Source: a virus
Taxonomy: Duplodnaviria; Caudoviricetes
Virus record (IMG/VR): IMGVR_UViG_3300030433_001389
Coordinates: 1 to 41,218 of that record
Length of the DNA: 41,218 nt
Strand: one strand, 5' to 3'
The notes under the pieces are model-generated. The model ran no database searches. It saw only the letters and a list, made by a program, of their open reading frames with translations, and was not told the DNA's origin. Position 1 is the stretch's first letter, and each line of letters begins with the position of its first letter. Position numbers and translations under genes: made by a program. Below, piece after piece: positions 9,374-18,813 of this stretch.

Positions 9374-9879
9374 TGTTGTCTATTGAATCTAAACCCTCAT
9401 CAGCAGAAGAAGGTATCATGATTAATCTTGAAAGGTCTATGAATGAAACACAGCCTGTTATTATTGATGGGAAAGAATGGTATCACAAGAAGTCTGTGAT
9501 GGAAGCATACCCTCGTTCAATACCGGCAACATATACCCATCTAAAAAGGGTGAATGATTTTTTGTGTACTAAATTAGTGGGTAACGCAGCATACATTCGC
9601 TTTGATGAAACAATTGATTGGCGAATGGAATTGATGGCGGGTGCTATATCCGTCAACGATATGAGTGCGCTTAACCAATGGGATAGCGTATCTAAAATTA
9701 TGCGAAACTGTCTTGAGATGACGGCTATGCACAATCAGATTGAATCGTATGTTTCATTGAATGGAGATGTCTTCGCAGAATATGATGGAATTGTTAACGA
9801 CATACAGAAGCAACTCAAAGAACAAGCGCGAATCAATTCAAGATTACAAAGAGCGTTCAAGAGGATAGGTGATGCTTGA
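9373..9879 (+). CDS. hypothetical protein
   Basis: TAATG coupling; coiled-coil-like C-terminus. Confidence 0.7.
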   Translation: MLSIESKPSSAEEGIMINLERSMNETQPVIIDGKEWYHKKSVMEAYPRSIPATYTHLKRVNDFLCTKLVGNAAYIRFDETIDWRMELMAGAISVNDMSALNQWDSVSKIMRNCLEMTAMHNQIESYVSLNGDVFAEYDGIVNDIQKQLKEQARINSRLQRAFKRIGDA

Positions 9880-10790
9880 TGGGTTACACACACTACGCAG
9901 AGATTCCAGCGCGCAAGATTACTGATAGCGAATGGATGTCATTGAAGAATCAAATCCTAGCCTTGACCATCACTGAAGAGTGGGAAGGCAAGGGAGTTGT
10001 ATTGGAAGATGATGTAATCCAAGTCAAAGGTAACTGTGAATGGTTCTCTATACCGCGTGAACCTAAAGCACAAGAATGGTTGAAGAGAAAGGGTGTTCAC
10101 TTCACTTTCACAAAGACAAACCGCAGAGATTACGACTACATTATTGTCGCTTGCTACATGGCTTTGTATCGTTGCGTTGATGGTGTTGAACTATCAAGCG
10201 ATGGTAACTACGATGAGTTAGAGAGAGGGAGAAATCACTACAATGATACTCTTAACATTATGTTCCCTGTAAGTGTGTTCGCTGATACTATCCATGACCC
10301 TACACCGTCATGGTATATCGGTGACCCATGCTACGCGCTTGACAAATACTACTACGAAGATTTGATAGACGCTATGGATGGTAAGAGTGTAGGTGACAAC
10401 GGACTTGATGTTACACTACCTAATGGTAACATCACTATTTACAACAGTGGACTAGGTGGCGACGGCGAAGTTAAAATCGCAGACTATTCTCTATGTGTTG
10501 ACTCCGGTATGCTTTGTGTCATGCCCGCTAATATGGTTCGTCACAACCCTGATGGTGGAGAGATTATCCGCGCTAAGTTCAGACCTGTGTTTGAAACAAA
10601 CGCGGACAGTTTCCCTCCGGTTATGCTAACTATTGACAAGGATGTCTATACTATGACTGAAGGTTTCACAGATTGCGACTACTGTGGTAACACACACCGT
10701 GACGAGTCTATGGATGTTGACGGTGTAGGTTACATCACTTGCGGTTGTGAGTACAACGAGAACGAAGAGGTGTTTGAAGATGAGGAATGA
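9876..10790 (+). CDS. multi-module hypothetical protein
   Basis: MGYTHY...FTKTNRRDYD module, YIGDPCY...VDSGMLCV module and C-terminal CxxC...CxC. Confidence 0.8.
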   Translation: MMGYTHYAEIPARKITDSEWMSLKNQILALTITEEWEGKGVVLEDDVIQVKGNCEWFSIPREPKAQEWLKRKGVHFTFTKTNRRDYDYIIVACYMALYRCVDGVELSSDGNYDELERGRNHYNDTLNIMFPVSVFADTIHDPTPSWYIGDPCYALDKYYYEDLIDAMDGKSVGDNGLDVTLPNGNITIYNSGLGGDGEVKIADYSLCVDSGMLCVMPANMVRHNPDGGEIIRAKFRPVFETNADSFPPVMLTIDKDVYTMTEGFTDCDYCGNTHRDESMDVDGVGYITCGCEYNENEEVFEDEE

Positions 10791-11271
10791 TGCTGACACA
10801 TGGATGAAAGAAGGATTTGATTTTACACTCCCGCAGAACAATGTGTTCAATGGTTTAGTTAGCCCCGATGCAACGGTGTTAATCATCCCGCGTAGCGATG
10901 AGGCTAAGATGGATTGCCTAATGAAACATGGATTCAATGTTGACGAAAATAAGAACGGCAACTTCTTTCAGAAAACAATGGATGGTATAGGTGTTATCAA
11001 ATCACATCACTTGCGATTGCTTACTAATAGTCATTTACATTTGCAGATTGGTTCAGCCGTACTAAGTTCGTACAATCTGAAAACCTTGAATAAAAAATAC
11101 AAGCGTAAGACAGATGAGTTAGTTGTACTTCAAGGCGCAGAAGATGATTGGCCCTTGACGAGATTTGTTTCCCCTTGCCGCGATTGGTGGTTTGTATTAG
11201 CACCTTGCACGCAAGACCGAACAGGCACTAGAGTTGGACTAGGGGAGTACCATGAGAGGTGGTTAGAATGA
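10780..11271 (+). CDS. hypothetical protein
   Basis: ATG 10780 with GAGGTG SD. Confidence 0.7.
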   Translation: MRNDADTWMKEGFDFTLPQNNVFNGLVSPDATVLIIPRSDEAKMDCLMKHGFNVDENKNGNFFQKTMDGIGVIKSHHLRLLTNSHLHLQIGSAVLSSYNLKTLNKKYKRKTDELVVLQGAEDDWPLTRFVSPCRDWWFVLAPCTQDRTGTRVGLGEYHERWLE

Positions 11272-11546
11272 GTATGTTGAGAATAAATAGACACGAACAA
11301 TTTATACTGAATGCGATAGAAAGAAGCGAACTAGATACGACTAAGCCATTTACTGCGAAACAAGTAAGAGAGGCTTTGAGTATGACAGGTACGCGCAACA
11401 ATGAGAAGACGACACTGAGACAGATACCTTCGACTCACAAACTGAATAGGATATTCAAGAAGTCTAGCGACTATGAGTTAGTTGTTAATTGGGAAAGAAG
11501 TTTCACAGTTGAAGGTAAGTCTAAGAATATGTGGAGGCGAGTCTGA
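11268..11546 (+). CDS. small winged-helix-like protein (paralogue of 3078..3329)
   Basis: FTAKQVREAL...KLNRIFKKS...MWRRV. Confidence 0.65.
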   Translation: MSMLRINRHEQFILNAIERSELDTTKPFTAKQVREALSMTGTRNNEKTTLRQIPSTHKLNRIFKKSSDYELVVNWERSFTVEGKSKNMWRRV

Positions 11547-11917
11547 TGGCTAAGAGAATACCAATACTATGCACTGATGGAACTATCATTTCTGTTCAAG
11601 CGTCTAGCACACATTACTGCTCACCAAAGAGCGATGAGGCTTTCGCGTATGGTGCAGTTGAGATATTGATTGACAAACCAAACGACCCCGAAGGTTACAA
11701 CAAGGTTACCAAGATGGAAGGCTATTGTTCTGCGGATAGATTGATGAGATTGATTATCAAACACGGCGGTATCATTGGAGGACAACTCCCACCGCTGAAC
11801 TTTGGCAACGAACATATTGTTCAAGCCGCGCAACACAAGATTGCTACTGAAGGTGATGCTTGGTGGCAAGCGCGACAAGCAGAGAAAGAAGAAGAAGGAG
11901 TGGATGAAAGTGAGTGA
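11546..11917 (+). CDS. hypothetical phage protein
   Basis: TGATG coupling; ISVQASSTHYCSP motif. Confidence 0.7.
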   Translation: MAKRIPILCTDGTIISVQASSTHYCSPKSDEAFAYGAVEILIDKPNDPEGYNKVTKMEGYCSADRLMRLIIKHGGIIGGQLPPLNFGNEHIVQAAQHKIATEGDAWWQARQAEKEEEGVDESE

Positions 11918-12296
11918 TGACTTACAAAAGATACAAAATGCTATCAAACTATTATCGGAACGCGACCTGCTTTCCTTGAATGATATGATAGTTGATGAGA
12001 TAAAGGCGAAGAGAAAGCAGCGCGCTAAACTAATGAGAGCGTTGCTAAAGCAAGGTAGCATAGTCTATTGGACTAACCGCGCCAACTCTAAGACTTGGGG
12101 TATCATCATTGAGAAGAAGAGAACTAATGCTATCGTGCAGATTACTGATTGCGAGATGGATAACAAGCGCATAGGTAAGAAGGTGAAGGTTCACATGAAT
12201 TGGCTAACCAAATACGAAGAGTGGAATGTTCCGCACATTGATGATAGCGTTGTACTGAACACGACCTTCAATCCAAACACAGGTGGTTTTGAATGA
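11904..12296 (+). CDS. hypothetical protein, possible SH3-like beta domain
   Basis: GGAG SD; helical N-terminus then LKQGSIVYW...GIIIEKKRT. Confidence 0.65.
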   Translation: MKVSDDLQKIQNAIKLLSERDLLSLNDMIVDEIKAKRKQRAKLMRALLKQGSIVYWTNRANSKTWGIIIEKKRTNAIVQITDCEMDNKRIGKKVKVHMNWLTKYEEWNVPHIDDSVVLNTTFNPNTGGFE

Positions 12297-12586
12297 GTGA
12301 AGAACTGCGAAAGAGATTGGAATGGGTTAAGCAAGAGAAAGAGAGGCTGATGAATTATAGTAAAGAGCAACTGATAGACATGGTGATGTCAGCCAATGCA
12401 CTATGGGAGGCTGTCGAGAACTATGATGTATGCCCCGATGACTATGGACTCATAGATAGATACGAGTTTCCTATAAACAAGTATTCAGAAACTTGTGATG
12501 GAATAATCAGAACAGAAATGTATAACATTCTTGATGAAGAGGATGGCGTAGTGTATGAATATGAACTCAAGGAGGAATACCAATGA
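12293..12586 (+). CDS. hypothetical protein
   Basis: ATGA-coupled ORF. Confidence 0.7.
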   Translation: MSEELRKRLEWVKQEKERLMNYSKEQLIDMVMSANALWEAVENYDVCPDDYGLIDRYEFPINKYSETCDGIIRTEMYNILDEEDGVVYEYELKEEYQ

Positions 12587-13113
12587 ACATATTTGTATTA
12601 GACGAGAACCCTATCGTCGCGGCAGAAATGCATTGCGACAAGCATGTACCTAAACTAATTGTGGAAACCGCGCAGATGATGGCCTCGGCTTTGCGTCGTC
12701 ACGGTGCAACAGACGAAGTTATGCCTATTGCTCAGACATCCGGCAAGCCATACAAGGGGGGCTATCACAATCACCCATGCACTATTTTTGTGGGTGATAC
12801 ACACATGAACTACCTATGGACTGCTCATCTAGGTATCGCGCTATGCCGCGAGTATCAGAAGCGATTCCAAAGAACTCATGCTTGTCAAGCACCTATCTAT
12901 CAAATGATGGACTTGTTTCACATGATTCCAATTGGAGGTTTGACTGAGTTTGCTCGCGCTTTTCAGAAAGACAACCCCGACATGGATGACCTTTATGATA
13001 CATCTAAGTTCACCGCAGTTGAGGCTTACCGTCAATACTACTTGCGCGGCAAAGCACACTTCGCTAAGTGGGAGAGAGGAACTCCCGCGCCTTCATGGTG
13101 GGTGATACAATGA
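12583..13113 (+). CDS. pyrimidine-dimer DNA glycosylase / endonuclease V-like (Pyr_excise family)
   Basis: MNIFVLDENP..AA..HCDKHVPKLIVETAQM, HNHPC, AYRQYY and P.WW family motifs. Confidence 0.8.
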   Translation: MNIFVLDENPIVAAEMHCDKHVPKLIVETAQMMASALRRHGATDEVMPIAQTSGKPYKGGYHNHPCTIFVGDTHMNYLWTAHLGIALCREYQKRFQRTHACQAPIYQMMDLFHMIPIGGLTEFARAFQKDNPDMDDLYDTSKFTAVEAYRQYYLRGKAHFAKWERGTPAPSWWVIQ

Positions 13114-13286
13114 ATGAAGATACATTACTAGAAGCATACAATCAATTGATGAAAGACCACATAGAAGCGCAGAACAGACTTCAAGATATAGGTTTTGAAA
13201 TTGAAGACGCGTTCACATCTAATCCTAAGCATAGTCATGCTGAGTACCTAAACAGAATCGCGAAGATACTAGGGGTGATTGAATGA
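13110..13286 (+). CDS. hypothetical protein
   Basis: ATGA-coupled, GGTGA SD. Confidence 0.65.
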   Translation: MNEDTLLEAYNQLMKDHIEAQNRLQDIGFEIEDAFTSNPKHSHAEYLNRIAKILGVIE

Positions 13287-13651
13287 CTGATATTGACACA
13301 AGCAGATACGAAGGACGCACACCCATTGAGTTTTGGCAAGTAACAGGACAAGGGGAACCCGAAGAGACAACGGATTCTTTCTTAGCGACATCACTGTGGC
13401 ACATCCCATATCACATGGATTTCAACAGGGCCATGCAGGGAAATAGCAAGGCTGACAGGAATCTAATCCAAGACGCGCCTAAAATCCTCAAAGCATACGA
13501 AGAGAAATGCGAAGAAGTCAAGCGATTGCGTAAGCAACAACAGAAAATACTCCTTCTTGCTGAAACAAACATGGCTCTTGAGTGGGGCGACACTGAATGT
13601 GGTGCTGAATGGGGCTACATTATTGACACAATTAAGGGGTGGACTCAATGA
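13283..13651 (+). CDS. hypothetical protein, Ead/Ea22-like motif
   Basis: ADRNLIQDAPKIL...EVKRLR resembles the phage 'ANARLIAAAPELL' helix. Confidence 0.6.
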   Translation: MTDIDTSRYEGRTPIEFWQVTGQGEPEETTDSFLATSLWHIPYHMDFNRAMQGNSKADRNLIQDAPKILKAYEEKCEEVKRLRKQQQKILLLAETNMALEWGDTECGAEWGYIIDTIKGWTQ

Positions 13652-14148
13652 GTTTCTTTGTACTAGATGAAAACCCTGTTCTGAGTGCTAACGCTATGTG
13701 TTGGTTAGACTGCGAGAGTGCTGCCTTCGACGGTGCGCGTATCATAGTTTCAGCAATCAAAGCGAATGGTGAGGACACAGACGATTTACCCTTTGAAGGA
13801 TTAGACGGACACCCGCTTGTCAAGTGGGCGTTGGTATCTAATGACAATGCTAGATGGCTATACAGAAACACTCGCGCTGCTGCAATCAAGTGGGGCGAGA
13901 AGAAGCCGAAAGGTTACGAAGAACTGATGAAGATGTTGAATGATGTAGCCGCGGTAATTGATACTAGGTTACCCGAAGGACAAACAACCCTGTTTGGTAA
14001 CTTCTATGTTGGCGCAGAAAACGCGCCATTTGTTGTAACCGATGAACTCCCTACAATCGAATCAAATCGTGAGTTTTATGAAAGGACTCGAAAACATTTG
14101 ATGTGGGGCGACGATAAACCCGAACTCTATGGAGGCGAAGAAGAATGA
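13648..14148 (+). CDS. divergent Pyr_excise paralogue
   Basis: MSFFVLDENPVLSA..C...HPLVKW...REFY aligns with 12583..13113. Confidence 0.7.
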   Translation: MSFFVLDENPVLSANAMCWLDCESAAFDGARIIVSAIKANGEDTDDLPFEGLDGHPLVKWALVSNDNARWLYRNTRAAAIKWGEKKPKGYEELMKMLNDVAAVIDTRLPEGQTTLFGNFYVGAENAPFVVTDELPTIESNREFYERTRKHLMWGDDKPELYGGEEE

Positions 14149-14468
14149 ATGCACAAGACGCAATAGAAAAATTAAGAGAGAAACAACTAGCGATGATGCT
14201 AGAAGCACAGAAAATGGAACAACGCGCAGAACAACTGCAATCCATAGCGGAATGCCAAGACCCTCAAGGTGGAGGCTATCGTTGGCAAGTTGTTAGAGTT
14301 GATTTGAACGATGACAAAATGAAAGTGAATCGTATCAAGTTGATATGCGAAAAGAGTGGTGTTGAAGTTGATGCCGTATTAGTTCATCCACCACCGCTTA
14401 CAATCGCAGATGGTGACGATGACATCGAACTAAGCGAGTTTCTATCTGAAAGGAGAGAGGAAGAATGA
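14145..14468 (+). CDS. hypothetical protein
   Basis: ATGA-coupled; coiled-coil-like N-terminus. Confidence 0.7.
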   Translation: MNAQDAIEKLREKQLAMMLEAQKMEQRAEQLQSIAECQDPQGGGYRWQVVRVDLNDDKMKVNRIKLICEKSGVEVDAVLVHPPPLTIADGDDDIELSEFLSERREEE

Positions 14469-14569
14469 GTGAAAAGAAGAAGATACAATGCAATTGCCAT
14501 CTATTAGACGACGACCTGCAAGAAGAAGGCTGGACTTGTTACAACTGTTACGAGGCTGATGCGGAATGA
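14465..14569 (+). CDS. 34-aa Zn-binding microprotein (not in ORF track)
   Basis: MSEKKKIQCNCH...WTCYNCYEADAE; ATGA overlaps at both ends. Confidence 0.65.
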   Translation: MSEKKKIQCNCHLLDDDLQEEGWTCYNCYEADAE

Positions 14570-16539
14570 ACATAACATTTGAAAGATATACAGACAACTT
14601 CGGTGGCAAAATCGCGCTCAACAAAATACCATTCGACTTGAAGGATGAGATGAAAGCCCACATGAACGCTAATCATTACTGCTTCGGTTGGAATGGAAAC
14701 AAAGGTCTGTGGTGGATTTCAGACCGCGCGGATGTCATAGAGAAAGCACTCGCTTTTCTCGCTGATAACGACATCACAGTGGAAGGGTTAGAATACGATG
14801 AGGCGGCTATTGAAACGCCTGTCGGAAACGCTACCATACAGTTCTCAGCACCGGACAAGATTCTGATGCAATGGGATTTCCAACCTAATTGGCAAGACAT
14901 CAACGCTGCTATGAAAGACGCGGCAGCAGGTAACGCTAAGTGGGTCAACAAAGATAAGAAGTGGATGATTCCTATTGCTACGGCTATGGCCGTTGCTAAT
15001 GCAGTAAGACCACACTTCGCACCGTTGGCTGATGCTATCGAGGATAACGAATATGTCAAGCAATCACACGCTGCTACACTTCAACGAGTGGAACTATCAA
15101 GCGCGGTTGATACCGACATTGAGTTACCTAATTGGCCGGTCTTCTCAAACATGCGCGAGTATCAAAGAGTCGCGCCGGTCATGTATATGACAGGTGGACG
15201 CAAGCGCATTCTAATTGCTGATGAGATGGGTCTTGGTAAATCATTACAGGCTCTCGCTTGTGCTGAATTAGCAGGTCATCAACAGGTGTTAATCGTATGC
15301 CCCTCTATCGTTAAACACAATTGGGGTAATGAAATTGTTAAGTGGTTAAATGAGGACTTTTTCATCATCAATGGATGGGAGGGTGTTATCAAACCAGCGC
15401 GGTTTCATATAATCAACTACGATATTCTCAGTAAGCGTTTAGACCATCTGATGGCGATTAATTTTGACTGTATCATCTTTGACGAAGTTCATCGTATCAA
15501 AGACCAAAAGGCACAGACTACCAAAGCCGCGCTAAAGTTGGCTAAGGGTAAAGATGGTATCATCGCATTATCCGGTACACCAATCACGAATAGACCTTCT
15601 GAGTTCTTTACATCATTGAACATGATGCTACCGGCGACATTCTCTAACTACTTTACTTTCGCCAAGAAGTATTGTAACGCTAGAAAGAATGCGTTTGGTT
15701 GGGATTTCAGTGGTTCATCTAACATTGACACAAGTCGTGACGGTGTAACCACACCACTCAACCACATACTGCGTGACTTCATGCTACGCAGGTCAATGGA
15801 TGACCCGCGTATAGCAGGTGAGATGCCGGACTTGGTTGAAACTATCATCAATCTTGAATTACCACCGGAGGCAATCAAAGCGTACAAGGTGGAGTATAAC
15901 TCATGGATGGAGGAATGGGTCAAGCAACAGGCGAACTTCGGTTCAACTAGCGCGGGCTTCGCTCTCAACATGATGGGTCAACTCAGACACATAGCGGGGC
16001 GACTCAAAGTTGATGCTGCGGCTAAGTGGGCGACTACTTACTTTGAACAGAACGGTAAGCCGTTGGTTATTTTCGCGCATCACAAAGATGTGATTGACAG
16101 TTTATGTGAAAAACTACACGGCGATGCCGGTTACACCGTTTGTGAAATTACAGGTAGTATCAGTGATAGAGAAAGACAAGAGAGTATCGCTATGTTTCAG
16201 CAAGGCAACATTAACTTCCTTGTCTGTTCCACTAACGCTATGCGTGAAGGAGTAAACTTGGACTATGCTAACACTACACTGTTCGTTGAGCGTGAATGGG
16301 TTCCAGCATGGGAACAACAAGCAGCGGCGCGTGTTCGCCGTATGACACAAGAAGAGTCCACTTGCCACAAGGTAGTCTTGTCGGCAAACGACACAATAGA
16401 TGTGCTATTTGACCAAGTGGTTGCTGAGAAGGCAGACTTAGTTCAGCGTGTCCTTGACGGTGAATCCGGTAAGACGCGTGATGAAATTGGCAAAGCACTA
16501 CTAGAAAAACTGAATGAAGGATTGGAGGTTATGGTATGA
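14566..16539 (+). CDS. SNF2-family helicase, SMARCAL1/HARP-like
   Basis: ADEMGLGKS, DEVH, SGTP, EGVNL, QAAARVRR; two N-terminal W..W-containing HARP-like repeats. Confidence 0.9.
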   Translation: MNITFERYTDNFGGKIALNKIPFDLKDEMKAHMNANHYCFGWNGNKGLWWISDRADVIEKALAFLADNDITVEGLEYDEAAIETPVGNATIQFSAPDKILMQWDFQPNWQDINAAMKDAAAGNAKWVNKDKKWMIPIATAMAVANAVRPHFAPLADAIEDNEYVKQSHAATLQRVELSSAVDTDIELPNWPVFSNMREYQRVAPVMYMTGGRKRILIADEMGLGKSLQALACAELAGHQQVLIVCPSIVKHNWGNEIVKWLNEDFFIINGWEGVIKPARFHIINYDILSKRLDHLMAINFDCIIFDEVHRIKDQKAQTTKAALKLAKGKDGIIALSGTPITNRPSEFFTSLNMMLPATFSNYFTFAKKYCNARKNAFGWDFSGSSNIDTSRDGVTTPLNHILRDFMLRRSMDDPRIAGEMPDLVETIINLELPPEAIKAYKVEYNSWMEEWVKQQANFGSTSAGFALNMMGQLRHIAGRLKVDAAAKWATTYFEQNGKPLVIFAHHKDVIDSLCEKLHGDAGYTVCEITGSISDRERQESIAMFQQGNINFLVCSTNAMREGVNLDYANTTLFVEREWVPAWEQQAAARVRRMTQEESTCHKVVLSANDTIDVLFDQVVAEKADLVQRVLDGESGKTRDEIGKALLEKLNEGLEVMV

Positions 16540-16940
16540 CAGGAGAAATACAAGACTTATGTGAAATGTGCTTAGGAGAAGGGTGTGAACAATGTGAGTT
16601 CACAGGCAGAAAGAGAATACCAACTGCTCAAACACACAACATCACTTTGAGAAGCGGCAGACAAGTTGCGTTAGAAGATTTACCCGATAAACTACTAGCG
16701 AGAATGGCTAGGAAGTCGCTTAGGAATCTTAGGAGAGAGATATTTGAAGTCTTAATGATGCAGAAAGAAATGGAAACGCGCGACTACGAGGGCAAAGAGG
16801 TTTCTAAACTAACTATGTTTAGAGATTACAATATCTTTCAATTGACTAGACACGCTTCTATCATTGCAGCAAACAAATACAATATGACTTATGATAACAA
16901 AGTCGAGATATTCAACGACGATGGAGATGAGGAACAATGA
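16536..16940 (+). CDS. CxxCxGxG Zn-finger protein
   Basis: CEMCLGEGCEQCEFTG. Confidence 0.7.
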   Translation: MTGEIQDLCEMCLGEGCEQCEFTGRKRIPTAQTHNITLRSGRQVALEDLPDKLLARMARKSLRNLRREIFEVLMMQKEMETRDYEGKEVSKLTMFRDYNIFQLTRHASIIAANKYNMTYDNKVEIFNDDGDEEQ

Positions 16941-17185
16941 GTAAAGGACACACCGTTAGGAAATGCACAGAATGTGGAAGAGTACAGAAGCGAGTCGCAG
17001 GTAAATGTGGCGCGCAGAACTGTAACGGACGCATGAATGTGATTAGAGATAGCACCTACCAATGTAAGTTGTGCGAAGAGTGGTTTGAAGGCATAGGTCA
17101 CATGTTGAGTCATGGTGGCGACGCTTGTGATAAGTGTAACATAAACGAAGTCATACCGGCAAGAATGGCAGGTGTTCATCTATGA
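16937..17185 (+). CDS. double Zn-finger small protein
   Basis: Four Cys pairs. Confidence 0.7.
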   Translation: MSKGHTVRKCTECGRVQKRVAGKCGAQNCNGRMNVIRDSTYQCKLCEEWFEGIGHMLSHGGDACDKCNINEVIPARMAGVHL

Positions 17186-17604
17186 GTGATGACACAAGAG
17201 AGGTGCGCCTATGGGAAGTGGTGCGCGTAAAGTCATGCGCTGAATGTGGTAATCAATTACTGATTGAAAGGAAAACTAACATGGAGTGGACGGAAGAAAG
17301 TGGGTTTGCGCACATGAATAGCAGACGCGGTACACAACACATCCATTTTTGTATTGACTGTAACCGTGATGTGAAGGTTGTGTGGAAACAATTAGAGCAT
17401 TGGTCACACACCCCTACTACCTTGAAATGTATGGCTCACGACAACCTTGCTGATGAAGGTATATTGAGGCGCAACTCCATAACAGGTAAACAATCAATAT
17501 CAACAACTTGGGAATATGATAAGGTTGAATCAAAACTATTACAATTCATTCTCAAACAAGAAGAGGAAAGGTTAGAGGCATTTTACAAGGAGATGGAGAT
17601 ATGA
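17182..17604 (+). CDS. Zn-ribbon protein
   Basis: CAEC...CIDC. Confidence 0.7.
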   Translation: MSDDTREVRLWEVVRVKSCAECGNQLLIERKTNMEWTEESGFAHMNSRRGTQHIHFCIDCNRDVKVVWKQLEHWSHTPTTLKCMAHDNLADEGILRRNSITGKQSISTTWEYDKVESKLLQFILKQEEERLEAFYKEMEI

Positions 17605-17804
17605 GCGCGGCAACGAAAACTGAAGACTTTGAAGTAATCATAATACCAACAGACAAATGTCCTTGTGGTACACACAAAGGCGAACTTGTTGACATGATAA
17701 TCTATCGCACCGTTCCGTGGGGTATCTTTCACAAGATTGAGATTCACTGTGATTTCACAGACAAGATATACGAGATGATGCCGCTTTTCTCGGAACAAAG
17801 TTAA
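17601..17804 (+). CDS. small hypothetical protein
   Basis: ATGA-coupled; CPCG...HC. Confidence 0.65.
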   Translation: MSAATKTEDFEVIIIPTDKCPCGTHKGELVDMIIYRTVPWGIFHKIEIHCDFTDKIYEMMPLFSEQS

Positions 17805-17808
17805 AAGG
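17791..17808 (+). promoter_or_regulatory. possible archaeal BRE-TATA promoter
   Basis: cggaacaaag-TTAAAAgg about 24-30 nt before the GTG start(s), at a break in gene coupling. Confidence 0.35.
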
Positions 17809-17824
17809 CTTTTCGCGCTTCGGG

Positions 17825-18127
17825 GTGAATGTGCCGAAAAAGTACAACATCACCGTCGCTGATTTTACAGACAGTGGTGACTTAATCAAACCGGACGGAG
17901 ATTTAGCGAGTCTGAAAGGTATCTCGATAAGGACGAGTGACGGTAACGACCATGTAATCGACGGCTTCGATTATGTATCGCATCTTCTCGGTGACATCGT
18001 TGTATGTTCATGCGGCGACCAAATCGACCCACATCAAATTGCACTCCATACTAGAAAGCGCGACATGATTTTAGTACCGGCGCGCTGCTGTATGAAGTTC
18101 CGATGGTTTAGGAGTGAGGAAATATGA
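17825..18127 (+). CDS. hypothetical Cys-containing protein
   Basis: CSCG...RCC; start may be GTG 17831. Confidence 0.7.
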   Translation: MNVPKKYNITVADFTDSGDLIKPDGDLASLKGISIRTSDGNDHVIDGFDYVSHLLGDIVVCSCGDQIDPHQIALHTRKRDMILVPARCCMKFRWFRSEEI

Positions 18128-18813
18128 TTGAAGACAAATGGGAACCCACTGATGATGATATTCAATGGACGCAAGGACATATAGAACGCATGGCTATCGG
18201 TGATACTTGGGGTATCGCTGACGCGGTTATACGCAAAGATAGCGATACGCAATTAATTATCACGAAGGCGAGTCCAGCATCGGTGATGCCGCTACAAAGG
18301 ATAGAGAAAGTCTGTAAAAAAATAGGCATTGAGTTAATTTCAGACGATGCCGAATTGATTTACGACCCGCAAGCAGCAGCACAGAAGAGCGCGCAAGAAT
18401 GGACTTGTCCTACAAGTGGAATACCGCTAGTCAATTTCGACCTACACGAACCCGAATGGCTTTTGCTTGACGACGCGCAAGAAGCGTGGCGTGTTCTTAT
18501 CAAGACTCTCGATGAAGAAGGTGTGCAGCACCAAGTCGAGGTAAGTCCAATGGACTATCACTTACTTGCGGGTGACCAATTATTCTTTTCATGGAAAGGT
18601 GACACTGTGATGGAGAGACACGAAATCATAGACATCGTTGACAAAGGCGAGTTGCTCACGAAAATGACTGACGGTTCTGTATATGTTATGCCAAGCGAAT
18701 ATATGGGAGAAATAATTCCACCACATTTGCGTGGGTTAATCTTCTATGATAATTCACACCGTTCTGAGTTGGGGTTAGAAATGCTGAAACAGGTAGCCAT
18801 GTCTGAGGAATAA
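18124..18813 (+). CDS. hypothetical acidic protein
   Basis: ATGA-coupled 229-aa ORF. Confidence 0.8.
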   Translation: MIEDKWEPTDDDIQWTQGHIERMAIGDTWGIADAVIRKDSDTQLIITKASPASVMPLQRIEKVCKKIGIELISDDAELIYDPQAAAQKSAQEWTCPTSGIPLVNFDLHEPEWLLLDDAQEAWRVLIKTLDEEGVQHQVEVSPMDYHLLAGDQLFFSWKGDTVMERHEIIDIVDKGELLTKMTDGSVYVMPSEYMGEIIPPHLRGLIFYDNSHRSELGLEMLKQVAMSEE

